From: Macrostomum lignano
Taxonomy: Eukaryota
Assembly (NCBI GenBank): GCA_002269645.1
Contig: NIVC01001252.1
Location: 124,001 to 188,000, forward strand
Direction: 5' to 3'
DNA: 64,000 nucleotides
A program made the translations under genes and the position numbers. Below are positions 25,301-38,100 of this stretch, piece by piece (positions within the stretch are counted from its first letter, which is position 1; every line of letters begins with the position of its first letter). The notes beneath the pieces are model-generated. The model saw nothing but the letters and a program-made list of their open reading frames with translations, did no database searches and was not told the origin of the DNA.

Positions 25301-28244
25301 GCCTTGAAATAGTTGAATATATGTGTATAAATGAGCATACTTAAAAATTATAGTTACATTTCTTTTGAATATCAAAAATGGTTTCTTTAAAATAATTATA
25401 TTTTTTGCTGAATAACCGAGTACAAGTATAATAAAACCTGGCAGAATGTAAAGCAGTTTAAAAAAGTACAAATGTCAGTTTCTTCTTAATTTTTTTCAAC
25501 ACTTGAGTTGAAAAAATTCTTATCTAACTTTTCATTTAATTATAAGTAGCTTGTACTTATCAGTAATCTGAGCTAGGCTAGTCTGGGTTGAATGCTGTGT
25601 AGGAGCACACAGTACTTCATGCTTAAAAACCAAAAAATGAACTCACCATAAATGCAGCTGACTATCGCTCTCCATTCCCAAACCAGAACTTAACCATGCA
25701 CTGTGTTGCTAATGGAGACCCAAGCAAGCCTCTGCTGCTTCTGCTGCACGGATTTCCTGAGTTTTGGTTCAGCTGGCGGCATCAGCTGAACAGCGAATTG
25801 GCGAAGCATTTCAGGCAAGTCTCTTGCTGACCCTAACCACCTTATCGTGACGCTTTGGGTAAACGGTGGGAGTAACTATGACACTATTAAAATACCATAA
25901 ATGCCTCGTCATCTTATTAGTGCTTAGTAAATATATTTAACAGGAATTTCACTTGTCAAACTGAGCCCCTATCTGCATATATATTCTCATTGGACAATAT
26001 TCTAACTCCATTTCAGGGTTGTGGCTATAGACATGCGTGGCTACGGAGACACCGATAAACCCGCAGGTATAGAGCGATATCGCATGGTTCATTTAGTGGA
26101 CGATGTTCGACAAGCCATTCTGGCTCTGGGTGAGTTGTGCGAAACTTTATTGACAATAATCTCTGACTGCTACTTCTAATGTTTACTAAACTTTGTTGAC
26201 AAGCATCTGGAAATCTCCCAGATTTAGGATCAGCATCTCGAAATCTCCCAAATTGGGGATCAGCATCTGGAATTCTCCCAAATTGGGGATCAGCATCTGC
26301 AAATCTCCTAGATTGGGAATCAGCATCTGGAAATCTCCCAAATTGGGGATCTGCATCTGGAAATCTCCCAAATTGGGGATCTGCATCTAGAAATCTCTCA
26401 AATTGGGGATCTGCATCTGGAAATCTCCCAAATTGGGGATCAGCATCTGGAAATCTCCCAAATTGGGGATCAGCATCTGGAAATCTCCCAAATTGGGGAT
26501 CTGCATCTGGAAATCTCTCAAATTGGGGATCAGCATCTGGAAATCTCTCAAATTGGGGATCAGCATCTGGAAATCTCCCAGATTGGGAATCAGCATCTGG
26601 AAATCTCCCAGATTGGGGATCTGCATCTGGAAATCTCTCAAATTGGGGATCAGCATCTGGAAATCTCCCAGATTGGGGATCTGCATCTGGAAATCTCCCA
26701 GATTAGGGATCTGCATCTGGAAATCTCTCAAATTGGGGAGCAGCATCTGGAAATCTCCCAGATTGGGGATCTGCATCTGGAAATCTCTCAAATTGGGGAG
26801 CAGCATCTGGAAATCTCCCAAATTGGGGATCAGCATCTGGAAATCTCCCAGATTGGGGATCTGCATCTGGAAATCTCTCAAATTGGGGATCAGCATCTGG
26901 AAATCTCCCAGATTGGGGATCTGCATCTGGAAATCTCCCAAATTGGGGATCTGCAACTGGAAATCTCCCAGATTAGGGATCAGCATCTGGAAATCTCTCA
27001 AATTGGGTATCAGCATCTGGAAATCTCCCAAATTGGGGATCAGGATCTGGAAATCTCTCAGCAGCGCAATGACATCTCCAATACGCCGTTCCCAGGCTAC
27101 ACCCGGTGCCACCTGGTCGGTCACGATGTCGGTGGCGCGGTGGCCTGGTCCCTGGCCGCGGCCCGGCCCGCCATGGTTGACCGCCTGGTGCTGCTGAACG
27201 CGCCGCACCCGCTGGCCTATCACACCTGCCTGCGCAGCACCCGGTCGCAGTTCTTCCGCGCCTGGCACCTGTTCTTCTTCCAGCTGCCCCGGCTGCCCGA
27301 GTGGCTGGTTGGCCGTCAGGACCTGGCCGCTCTGGCCGACTCGCTCACCGGCAAGAGCCAGGGGGTCAAGCGCGGTGCCGTCTGCAGTGATGAGCTCGAA
27401 GCTTATAAGTTTATGTTCAGCGCTCCAGGTGAGTGCCCCTGCTGCTTGTCTCACTCTGCTTCTCTGTTGTCTCACTGTGCTTCTCTCTGTTGTCTCACTG
27501 TGCTTCTCTCTGTTGTCTCACTGTGCTTCTCTGTTGTCTCACTGTGCTTCTCTGTTGTCTCACTGTGCTTCTCTGTTGTCTCACTCTGCTTCTCTGTTGT
27601 CTCACTCTGCTTCTCTGTTGTCTCACTCTGCTTCTCTCTGTTGTCTCACTCTGCTTCTCTGTTGTCTCACTCTGCTTCTCTCTGTTGTCTCACTCTGCTT
27701 CTCTGTTGTCTCACTCTGCTCCTCTCTGTTGTCTCACTCTGCTTCTCTGTTGTCTCACTCTGCTTCTCTCTGTTGTCTCACTGTGCTTCTCTGTTGTCTC
27801 ACTGTGCTTCTCTGTTGTCTCACTCTGCTTCTCTGTTGTCTCACTCAGCTTCTGTTGTCCCACCCTACTTATTTTTCTCTCTAAATCTTTCTCTCACCTC
27901 ACTACGCTCCTGCCCCCGCAGGCGCCCTGACTGGCCCCATCAACTACTTCCGGGCCAGCCTCCGCTACCCAGACGACAAATTCGAGCTTGAGGGCCGCCG
28001 ACGACCGCCAATCGGCCAGCCGACTCTGCTGGTCTTCGGCTGCCGCGACCGCTTCGTCACGGAGACGGCCGCCCGCCTGTCCGGCCGCTACTGCCGGCCT
28101 GGCCGCTTCACCTACCGGCCCGTGCCGGGGGGCAGCCACTGGCTGCAGCAGGACTGCCCGGACCTGGTCAACCGCCTGCTGCTGGAGCACCTGCTGCCCG
28201 CCAACGGCAGGCCGCCTGCGCTGCTCTCCGAATCGGACGAGTAG
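22353..28244 (+). CDS. EPHX4: Epoxide hydrolase 3/4-like alpha/beta hydrolase with N-terminal membrane anchor, 361 aa, 5 exons
   Basis: Exons 22353-22541, 25687-25814, 26017-26129, 27096-27428, 27922-28244 join in frame; intron 2 needs a GC donor (gcaagt at 25815). Motifs: hydrophobic N-terminus, LLHGFPEFWFSWRHQ, VVAIDMRGYGDTDKP, nucleophile GHDVGG, LNAPHP, lid Tyr in INYFR, acid D in FGCRD, catalytic His GSHWLQQD. The symbol is a family-level best guess (EPHX3/EPHX4 clade). Confidence 0.88.
23528..24225. mobile_element. Non-autonomous foldback/MITE-like DNA transposon (P- or hAT-type ends), 698 bp
   Basis: Termini CAAGGACGACTTAAG...CTTAAGTCGTCCTTG. About 250-bp high-identity inverted arms (23528-23778 / 23975-24225) continue more loosely towards the centre. 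Perfect 8-bp TSD TCTTTTCC at 23520-23527 and 24226-24233. No ORF. Confidence 0.9.
26206..27060. repeat. 30-bp minisatellite CAGCATCTGGAAATCTCCCAAATTGGGGAT
   Basis: About 28 copies filling EPHX intron 3. Confidence 0.95.
27445..27860. repeat. 21/23-bp minisatellite TCTCACTCTGCTTCTCTGTTG
   Basis: Fills EPHX intron 4. Confidence 0.95.
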
Positions 28245-28249
28245 AGACT

Positions 28250-28740
28250 AGTCTTTGTCTGAGCATTCCATAGTCTTTGTCTGAGCACGCCTGAGTCTTT
28301 GTCTGAGCACCGACTTCTCGAGTCTTTGACCTTCCGAATCTTTGTCTGACCCCGAGTCTTTTTCTTACCCCATGAGTCTTTGTTTGACCTCATAAGTCTT
28401 TGTTCAACCCTGAGTCTTTGTCTAACCTTATGAGTCTTTTCCTAACCCTATGAGTCTTTTCTAACCCTATGAGTCCTTGTCAACCCTGTGAGTCTTTGTT
28501 TGAACTCATGAGTCTTTGTCCAACCCTGTGAGTCTTTGTTTGAACTCATGAGTCTTTGTCTAACCCTGTGAGTCTTTGTTTGAACTCATGAGTCTTTGTC
28601 TAACCCTGTGAGTCTTTGTTTGAACTCATGAGTCTTCCTATGAGTCTTTGTTTGAACTCATAAGTCTTTTTCGGACCTCGAGTCTTTGCCTGACCCTAGG
28701 AGTCTTTGTCTTAGACCATGAGTCTTTGTCTGACTCCATG
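28250..28740. repeat. Degenerate 21-22-bp minisatellite GAGTCTTTGTCTAACCCTGT in the EPHX 3' UTR
   Basis: Starts a few bases after the stop codon. Confidence 0.85.
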
Positions 28741-29745
28741 GGTGTTGTGTGTGTAAATTGCATGAGTACTTTTTTACCTGTCTCTATCTTACTCTCCGCG
28801 TCTCGCCTGTCCGCCTCTGTGTCCCTGGCCTCGCGTCCTGCCAGCGTGCATTTTCTAAGCCGCCAGTCTCCGCAACAGAAATTTTAGCAATCAAAAAATA
28901 AGTTTTACTAATTAGCAGATCTTATAAAAGTGCTTGTCTTCGCATTTTAATTCTAATAGCTGGCCTGATTAACATCAAGCGCTTGCTTCTTCCGCTTAAT
29001 TGAATGTGCAATTACCCCCCCCCCCATTGCCTGTAGATTTACCTATTTTGACTACTGGTAGAGCGGACGATTTTACTAATTAGATTCTGATTATATTTTC
29101 TTCAGATGCAAAATATCGTGTGGGCAGAGCGCCGGAACAATTCTATACGTATAATAATGGTAGATATATTTGCACAGTGAGATATAATTTGCAAATGCAG
29201 AGATTATCAATTTGCTAAAAATTAATATATTTCTCCATCGCTGGTAATATTATTTTTTTAAACTAATTATTACATTTTTTATGAAAAAAAATTAAGAACT
29301 GCAGAAACAGTGCAATACTCGTACTGTACTACTGAACAGTTATAAGTCGCAAAAGTAGTATTACGTAGAAAAAGTGAAACTTAAAGATTTGGGGTAACAA
29401 ATTGAATTTATTTTAAAGTTCACGGCGATTTAAATAATTAAAACAAAATATACCACCTCTGAGCGGAATTCGCTACTCACCGCAGTTTGTGCAGTAGTAT
29501 AAAAAGAGAATTTTACAATTTAATTCGCAATTAGGGCCAAATTGATATGGAGAATTGCTGATGAAACCGTATTACGAGACAAAGAGCACACGAAGCAATG
29601 TGTGCGTGTGTGTTGGTCCCTCAACGATAAGAGAAGTGCTTGTACAAGTAGGTCAACTAAGGTCATTTCGACGTCGGTCTGGGAAACTTAATTGCATAGC
29701 TCTATGGTTGTTGACGTCGTACGAAGTTATTTAAGGACATTGGGG

Positions 29746-32700
29746 TCAAACAAGGTCGCTGCGCCTCTCGATACTCGACGTTGTCGATGTGGTCGACTTC
29801 GGTGGCGGCGTCGGCAGTGTCCTGTTCCGCTTCCTCGGCGACTTGTCTTCATCCGGGAACACGGCGCCGTCCTCGTCAACCGATTCCTCGCCGCCGAAGG
29901 AGACCTTCTTGGTTACCACCCCGCCGCCGGCAGCAGCTGCAGCGGTTGACTTCTTCGACAACGCAGTCGGTGAGCCGCCGCCGCCGCCTTCCTGCTGCTG
30001 TTCGCCGGTCCTCAGCTGGGACGGGTTCAGCGTCAGCTCCGGTCGAGTCGCGCAGTCCTCGAAGCCGCCGGGCTGGGAGAAGGACCGGATCGGCGCCCGC
30101 TGCTCGCCGGGGGAGCCGAACGCGTTGCAAGTGAAGCCGCCGCCTCCTTGCTGCTGCTGCTGATCGAGTGCCAGACTGCCGGCGCTGCCGCAGCTGCTGA
30201 AGGCGCCGGCGCCGCTCTCTTCGCTGATAGCGTCGAACTTTCCTAGCCGGCGGCTCTGCATCGACCGCTTGCTGCCGCGACGGCGGAGCTTCGCTGTGGG
30301 GTTGCGACGGATTCGGTAGTATGAGCTAGGATAAGACCGCAGGGAAAGCCGCGGGAATTCCGTGGGCTCCTGAGTGAAAGTACATTGAAGCATGTGTTTT
30401 CCACCGCAGGGAAAGCCCCGGCAATTCCGTAGGCGCTCAAGGGAGGGCAACACCATTATGGGATGCAATTCGACAACTAATGGGGATAATATTGAGCACC
30501 GTAGTTTCACCTGAAAGGATCAAACTGTAGTGTCGGACTTTTAACGGTCTAGGAATATTGATTACGCCAGCTTAGAGACCGCAAAAATTAAGGATACATA
30601 TAAATGCTAGAAATTCAGAGAAATTGGCAGAACATCCTGCGCTAAACAATGAAAGCTTCAAAGTTCAAAATATGAAATCATGATTAATTATAGACCACCA
30701 GATTTTAATTAGTGAACAAAACAAATTAAAGCAAAAGCAAGACTTTCTGGTCCAGCTAGAGCCTGCAATGCAGTTCCACATTTCCGGTTTAGTCAACAGA
30801 ATCCAAGTGGGTGGCTTGATGGTGCATTTCCGGTCAGCTGATTCTGACAATTTTCTATTTGGAGCCAATTTTCAAGCTAAAATTTGTGTGTCACAGTGCA
30901 CAATAGGTTAACCTGGTTTTTCTGCGTGTAACAGGTTGATGAGTGTGTCTAACTGGCTGATGAGTGTGTCTAACAGGCTGATGAGTACGTCTAACAGGCT
31001 GATGAGTGTGTCTAACAGGCTGATGAGTGTGTCTAACAGGCTGATGAGTACGTCTAACAGGCTGATGAGTGTGTCTAACAGGCTGATGAGTGTGTCTAAC
31101 AGGCTGATGAGTGCGTCTAACAGGCTGATGAGTGTGTCTAACAGGGTGATGAGTGTGTCTAACTGGCTGATGAGTGTGTCTAACAGGCTGATGAGTACGT
31201 CTAACAGGCTGATGAGTGTGTCTAACAGGCTGATGAGTGTGTCTAACAGGCTGATGAGTACGTCTAACAGGCTGATGAGTGTGTCTAACAGGCTGATGAG
31301 TGTGTCTAACAGGCTGATGAGTGCGTCTAACAGGCTGATGAGTGTGTCTAACAGGTTGATGAGTGTGTCTAACAGGCTGATGAGTGTGTCTAACAGGTTG
31401 ATGAGTGTGTCTAACAGGGTGATGAGTGTGTCTAACAGGTTGATGAGTGTGTCTAACAGGTTGATGAGTGTGTCTAACAGGGTGATGAGTACGTCTAACA
31501 GGCTGATGAGTGTGTCTAACAGGTTGATGAGTACGTCTAACAGGCTGATGAGTGTGTCTAACAGGCTGATGAGTGTGTCTAACAGGCTGATGAGTGTGTC
31601 TAACACGCTGATGAGTGTGTCTAACAGGCTGATGAGTGTGTCTAACAGGTTGATGAGTGTGTTTAACAGGCTGATGAGTGTGTCTAACAGGCTGATGAGT
31701 GTGTCTAACAGGTTGATGAGTGTGTCTAACAGGTTGATGAGTGTGTCTAACAGGCTGATGAGTGTGTCTAACAGGTTGATGAGTGTGTCTAACAGGCTGA
31801 TGAGTGTGTCTAACAGGTTGATGAGTGTGTCTAACAGGGTGATGAGTACGTCTAACAGGCTGATGAGTGTGTCTAACAGATTGATGAGTGTGTCTAACAG
31901 GCTGATGAGTGTGTCTAACAGACTGATGAGTGTGTCTAACAGGCTGATGAGTGTGTCTAACACGCTGATGAGTGTGTCTAACAGGCTGATGAGTGTGTCT
32001 AACAGGTTGATGAGTGTGTCTAACAGGCTGATGAGTGCGTCTAACAGGCTGATGAGTGTGTCTAACAGGTTGATGAGTGTGTCTAACAGGCTGATGAGTG
32101 TGTCTAACAGGTTGATGAGTGTGTCTAACAGGCTGATGAGTACGTCTAACAGGCTGATGAGTACGTCTAACAGGCTGATGAGTGTGTCTAACAGATTGAT
32201 GAGTGTGTCTAACAGGGTGATGAGTGTGTCTAACAGGCTGATGAGTGTGTCTAACAGGTTGATGAGTGTGTCTAACAGGCTGATGAGTACGTCTAACAGG
32301 CTGATGAGTGTGTCTAACAGGGTGATGAGTGTGTCTATCAGGCTGATGAGTCTCAAAACAGAGAAGGCAGTTCAGCACTCACTCGCCCTGTGCTGCGTGT
32401 AAGCCGGTGTTTTCATTCCGTTAGTCCGAAGAATTTCCAGAAGCTCGAAGCGGAAGGCGGAGATGTCGCCCTTGATCTCGTTCAGGTCGTCCTCCGTGAC
32501 GCCCTGCCGTTCGTCCAGCCTCTGGCGCACCATCAGGTAGCGCTTGACCAGGTCACGCATCACCGTCTGGTAGCGAGCCTCGCGCTCGTTCACGCGCTTC
32601 ACCACCTTCTGCAAAACGGGGTGGGGGGGCAGAAGGTTCGAAGAATGTTGGCTAGGTGATTGTGAATGGTTGCTAGGTGATTGTGAATGGTTGCTAGGTG

Positions 32701-35050
32701 ATTGTGAATGGTTGCTAGGTGATTGTGAATGGTTGCTAGGTGATTGTGAATGGTTGCTAGGTGATTGTGAATGGTTGCTAGGTGATTGTGAATGGTTGCT
32801 AGGTGATTGTGAATGGTTGCTAGGTGATTGTGAATGGTTGCTAGGTGATTGTGAATGGTTGCTAGGTGATTGTGAATGGTTGCTAGGTTATTGTGAATGG
32901 TTGCTAGGTGATTGTGAATGGTTGCTAGGTGATTGTGACTGGTTCACTCTCGCTCTCACCCGGATGCTCTGCCACTTGCTCCGCTGGTGCTGCTTCGAGC
33001 AGGAGCAGAGCCGCTCCTTCGTCCAAGTCGCAATGTACAGGAAGGACTTCGGACTCGGAATGATGTTGAATGGCACTGGCAGGGTGCCGCCCTCCTCGAA
33101 GTAGCTGATCCACAGTTTGCTGCGCGCGAATTTCCACTCCGTGTCCGCTTGCGTCTGCGGGATGGCGGCGGGTTGAAGCTGCGATGCGTGAGGGGGGCAG
33201 AGAGAGGGGGGTAGCGGGAGGGTCAGAGAAAGAGGGGTAGCGGGAGGGTCAGAGAGAGAGGGGTAGCGGGAGGGTCAGAGAGAGAGAGGGGTAGCGAGAG
33301 GGTCAGAGAGAGAGGGGTAGCGGGAGGGTCAGAGAGAGAGGGGGTAGCGAGAGGGTCAGAGAGAGAGGGGGTAGCGAGAGGGTCAGAGAGAGAGGGGTAG
33401 CGGGAGGGTCAGAGAGAGGGTTGGTTGAAGGGCCAGGCAGGGGCAGGCGGGGCTAAACTGAAGCAGTATTTGATTTGCCTGTATAGACCACAGTATCACA
33501 GACAAAGCAAGCAGAAAAAGCAACCCAGTTTCTCATCCGTATTAATTTTTTACTAAGTCAATAAAAAACCAATCTGCATTTTTACTGCACAAAATTGCTA
33601 CCAGAGCCATTTTTTCTGTCTCACTGCTTCTTCTTCGCAAGCAGACTAACTGCGGAGTAGCGGAACGGCAGACTCGGCTTGTAGCGGGCTGTGCGAACTG
33701 CGGTTTCTGCCGTGCTACTGGAGGGTCAATCGAGCAACTTTCTAGCAAGCCAACTCACTACAGATCTATTCCACCCTTTCACCAATCCACCCACTCTTTC
33801 ACCAACCCGCCTACTCTTTCATCAACCCACCCACTCTTTCACCAACCCACCCACTCTTTCACCAACCCGCCACTCTTTCACCAACCCACCCACTCACTAC
33901 AGATCTATTCCACTCTTTCACCAACCCACCCACTCACTACAGATCTATTCCACTCTTTCACCAACCCACCCACTCACTACAGATCTATTCCACTCTTTCA
34001 CCAACCCACCCACTCTTTCACCAACCCGCCACTCTTTCACCAACCCACCCACTCTTTCACCAACCCGCCACTCTTTCACCAACCCGCCACTCTTTCACCA
34101 AACCGCCACTCTTTCACCAACCCACCCACTCTTTCACCAACCCGCCACTCTTTCACCAGCCCGCCACTCTTTCACCAACCCACCCACTCTTTCACCAACC
34201 CGCCTACTCTTTCACCAACCCACCCACTCACTACAGATCTATTCCACTCTTTCACCAACCCACCCGCTTCTCTACCAACCCACCCGCTCCTCTACCAACC
34301 CACCCGCTCCTCTACCAACCCACCCACTCCTCTACCAACCCACCCACTCCTTCACCAACCCACCCACTCTTTCACCAACCCACCCTCCTCTTTACCAACC
34401 CACCCGCTCCTCTACCAACCCACCCACTCCTTCACCAACCCACCCACTCCTTCACCAACCCACCCGCTCCTCTACCAACCCACCCACTTCTCTACCAACC
34501 CACCCACTCCTTCACCAACCCACCCACTTCTCTACCAACCCACCCACTCCTTCACCAACCCACCCACTTCTCTACCAACCCACCCACTCCTTCACCAACC
34601 CACCCACTTCTCTACCAACCCACCCACTCCTTCACCAACCCACCCACTTCTCTACCAACCCACCCACTCCTTCACCAACCCACCCACTTCTCTACCAACC
34701 CACCCACTCCTTCACCAACTCACCCACTCCTTCACTAACCCACCCACTCCTTCAGTGAGCATACTTTAAGCATCTCAAAAGTCCCAATCGAGAACAGCAA
34801 AGGCAGCGGACTCACTGCAATGGACTCATAGCTGCAGTTCATCATAGCGATTAGCATATTCAGCAGCACAACAAACGTTATCGCTGAGAAGACGCCGTAC
34901 ATTAGTTTGCCTGAAATTTCGAAGATTACGAGTAGTTTTAAAATTATTACGTAATTCAGTTTTATTCATTCTGTATCTCAGCTGCTGCAAAATAAACCCA
35001 AGGCATCCAAATCTCAGTTCTTGGGGTTAAAATGTTTTGCTTCATTGCTT

Positions 35051-35113
<63 letters not shown>

Positions 35114-38100
35114 TCTCTCTCTCTCTCTCTCTGCCCCTTATCTATCTGGCACTGGAAACCCAAAGCGAACCGGGGGCGGCTGGGGTGCTAGCATGAAAAT
35201 TTCGCCATTTCAACACCGAATAATACGGCTACAACCCCCCCCCCCCCTACAGCCCTGCGCCACCGACCATATTAGTTGGAAATTTGATAAATACACAGAT
35301 ATCAACCAGCGGAAAAGGAAAACTGGTCTTGAAAGACGCCAACAAGAAATTTCCTCTAGTAGATTATATTTTAATAATTTCCTTGTACGAGCATTTTCTT
35401 TAGCGCGTAGGAAAGTCGGGAGTTGTTTGGTTTCAATATTTTTCCTGACTCTCAGAGATGCCTTCTGTCTGCCTCGGCTGTCTGTCTGCTCTGGCCGTTG
35501 CGACCTTCATCGCATCGCACCTGCAGCTCACTGCGGCGGTGAGTGTATGGCTGTGGTTCATATTCACAGCCTGTTTATTATATCTGGAGTTAAAGCAGAG
35601 ATTTAGAATGGATTGCTAGTCTAGAGCTTACCTGGATAAAGGATTAGAATGGATTGCTAATCTATAGTCTACATGGATAAAGGAATAGAATGGATTGCTA
35701 ATCTATAGCCTACATGGATAAAGGAATAGAATGGATTGCTAATCTATAGGCTACATGAATAAAGGAATAGAATGGATTGCTAATCTATAGCCTACATGAA
35801 TAAAGGAATAGAATGGATTGCTAATCTATAGGCTACATGGATAAAGGAATAGAATGGATTGCTAATCTATAGGCTACACGGATAAAGGAATAGAATGGAT
35901 TGCTAATCTATAGCCTACATGAATAAAGGAATAGAATGGATTGCTAATCTATAGCCTACATGAATAAAGGATTATGATGGATTGCTAATCTACTTCCCGC
36001 GGACATTCGAACAGAACACAAAGTTTTTTGTGCGGCTGGACCACTATGAGAACTACAATAACCAGCTGCAAGTCCATGCCCGGTGCGACAGCGGCAACGT
36101 CTGCGACCCCGCATTTGTCATTCGAGTCAGCGGCAGCTGGTGAGAATGCAACCTGTCTACTTTTAGTAGAAAGTTCTGTGCAAAATTTATAAGAATTATT
36201 TTTTGTGTAAAAGTAATTTGAAATTAATAACAGATTACAAGAATCCTTTACACAGAAAAAAGAGAATCGCTACTTTATCTCACCTAGAGAATCGCTCCTA
36301 TAAGAATCTCACCTAGAGAATCGCCCCTATAAGAATCTCACCTAGAGAATCGCCCCTATAAGAATCTCACCTAGAGAATCGCTCCTATAAGAATCTCACC
36401 TAGAGAATCGCCCCTATAAGAATCTCACCTAGAGAATCGCCCCTATAAGAATCTCACCTAGAGAATCGCCCCTATAAGAATCTCACCTAGAGAATCGCTC
36501 CTATAAGAATCTCACCTAGAGAATCGCCCCTATAAGAATCTCACCTAGAGTATCGCTCGTATTAGAATCTCACCTAGAGAATCTCTCCTTTAAGAATCTC
36601 ACCCAAGAGAATCGCCCCTATAAGAATCTCACCCAAGAGAATCGCCCCTATAAGAATCTCACCCAAGAGAATCGCCCCTATAAGAATCTCACCCAAGAGA
36701 ATCGCCCCTATAAGAATCTCACCCAAGAGAATCGCCCCTATAAGAATCTCACCCAAGAGAATCGCCCCTATAAGAATCTCACCCAAGAGAATCGCCCCTA
36801 TAAGAATCTCACCCAAGAGAATCGCCCCTATAAGAATCTCACCCAAGAGAATCGCCTCTATTAGAATCTCACCCAAGAGAATCGCTCGTATTAGAATCTC
36901 ACCCAAGAGAATCGCCCCTATAAGAATCTCACCCAAGAGAATCGCCCCTATAAGAATCTCACCCAAACTTGATCCTCAAGGGGCCGGAGCGACGCGGCAT
37001 CGGACTGCATCTCCAACAAAATGCAGATCACATTCGGTGATAAAATTGGTACAAATCTGACCAATCCTCTGCATTTCGTTGAGCAACCATCTCTGGTAAT
37101 AAATCAATTCATATTTCATCTCGATAAAAACACAGTACAATATGAATTTTGATATTTTCTTAATTGTTTCAGCATCCCGTGTTAATTCATGTCTGGATCA
37201 AGGACTGCTACATGGACAGAGCCATGGACGACATTGGCGAGTTTCACGCGCAAATAGCGCAGCTTCCCAGACCATTTTTATTCACGGATTGGGTCGACTT
37301 TAGCGACTCGGAGCGAACGAAATCGATCGAATTGACGCCATCGCTAAACACCCCGCTATCGACCAAGTGAGCCTTGAGCTGGTGCTACTTATCTGTGTTC
37401 GAGTGGGTTTATTGGTTTACCAAAGTATCAGTTTATTGATTTATCAGTTGATAAGTTGATAAGTTTATCATTCTATCAGTTTATCGGTCTTATCAGTTTA
37501 TCGGTCTATCAGTTTATCATTCTATCAGTTTATCGGTCTTATCAGTTTATCGGTCTATCAGTTTATCATTCTATCAGTTTATCAGTTTCTCAGTCTATCA
37601 CTTTATCAGTTTATCAGCTTATCAGTTTATCAGCTTATCAGTTTATCAGCTTATCAGTTTATCAGCTTATCAGTTTATCAGCTTATCAGTTTATCAGCTT
37701 ATCAGTTTATCAGCTTATCAGTTTATCAGCTTATCAGTTTATCAGCTTATCAGTTTATCAGCTTATCAGTTTATCAGCTTATCAGTTTATCAGCTTATCA
37801 GTTTATCAGCTTATCAGTTTATCAGCTTATCAGTTTATCAGCTTATCAGTTTATCAGCTTATCAACTTGATAAACCGACTGCTTCACCCCCTCAGGCTGC
37901 GAGTCACAGTATGGCGCCAATGTGAGCAGTTTTATTACGGCCAGGATTGCTCAAAATTCTGCCGACCCCTGCCGGGCCTGAGCTGCCACCCGGAGACTGG
38001 GGAGATGCTGAACTGCAGGGGATCCGTGTGCAACACCGGGATGGCAGCGCCCGCCACTTCTGGGCCCGCTGCAGCTCAGCAAACTGCTGAACCAGTGGGC

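Noticed and set aside
26387-27475. 362-aa minus-strand ORF with LRR-looking LGDFQMLIPN decamers
   Set aside because: Antisense read-through of EPHX exon 4 plus a 30-bp intronic array; no splice or domain support.
30891-32402. Three overlapping ~490-aa ORFs (HTHQPVR, LLDTLIS and MSVSNRL heptads)
   Set aside because: A 21-bp intronic minisatellite whose unit is a multiple of 3; it lies within a well-defined TRPC intron.
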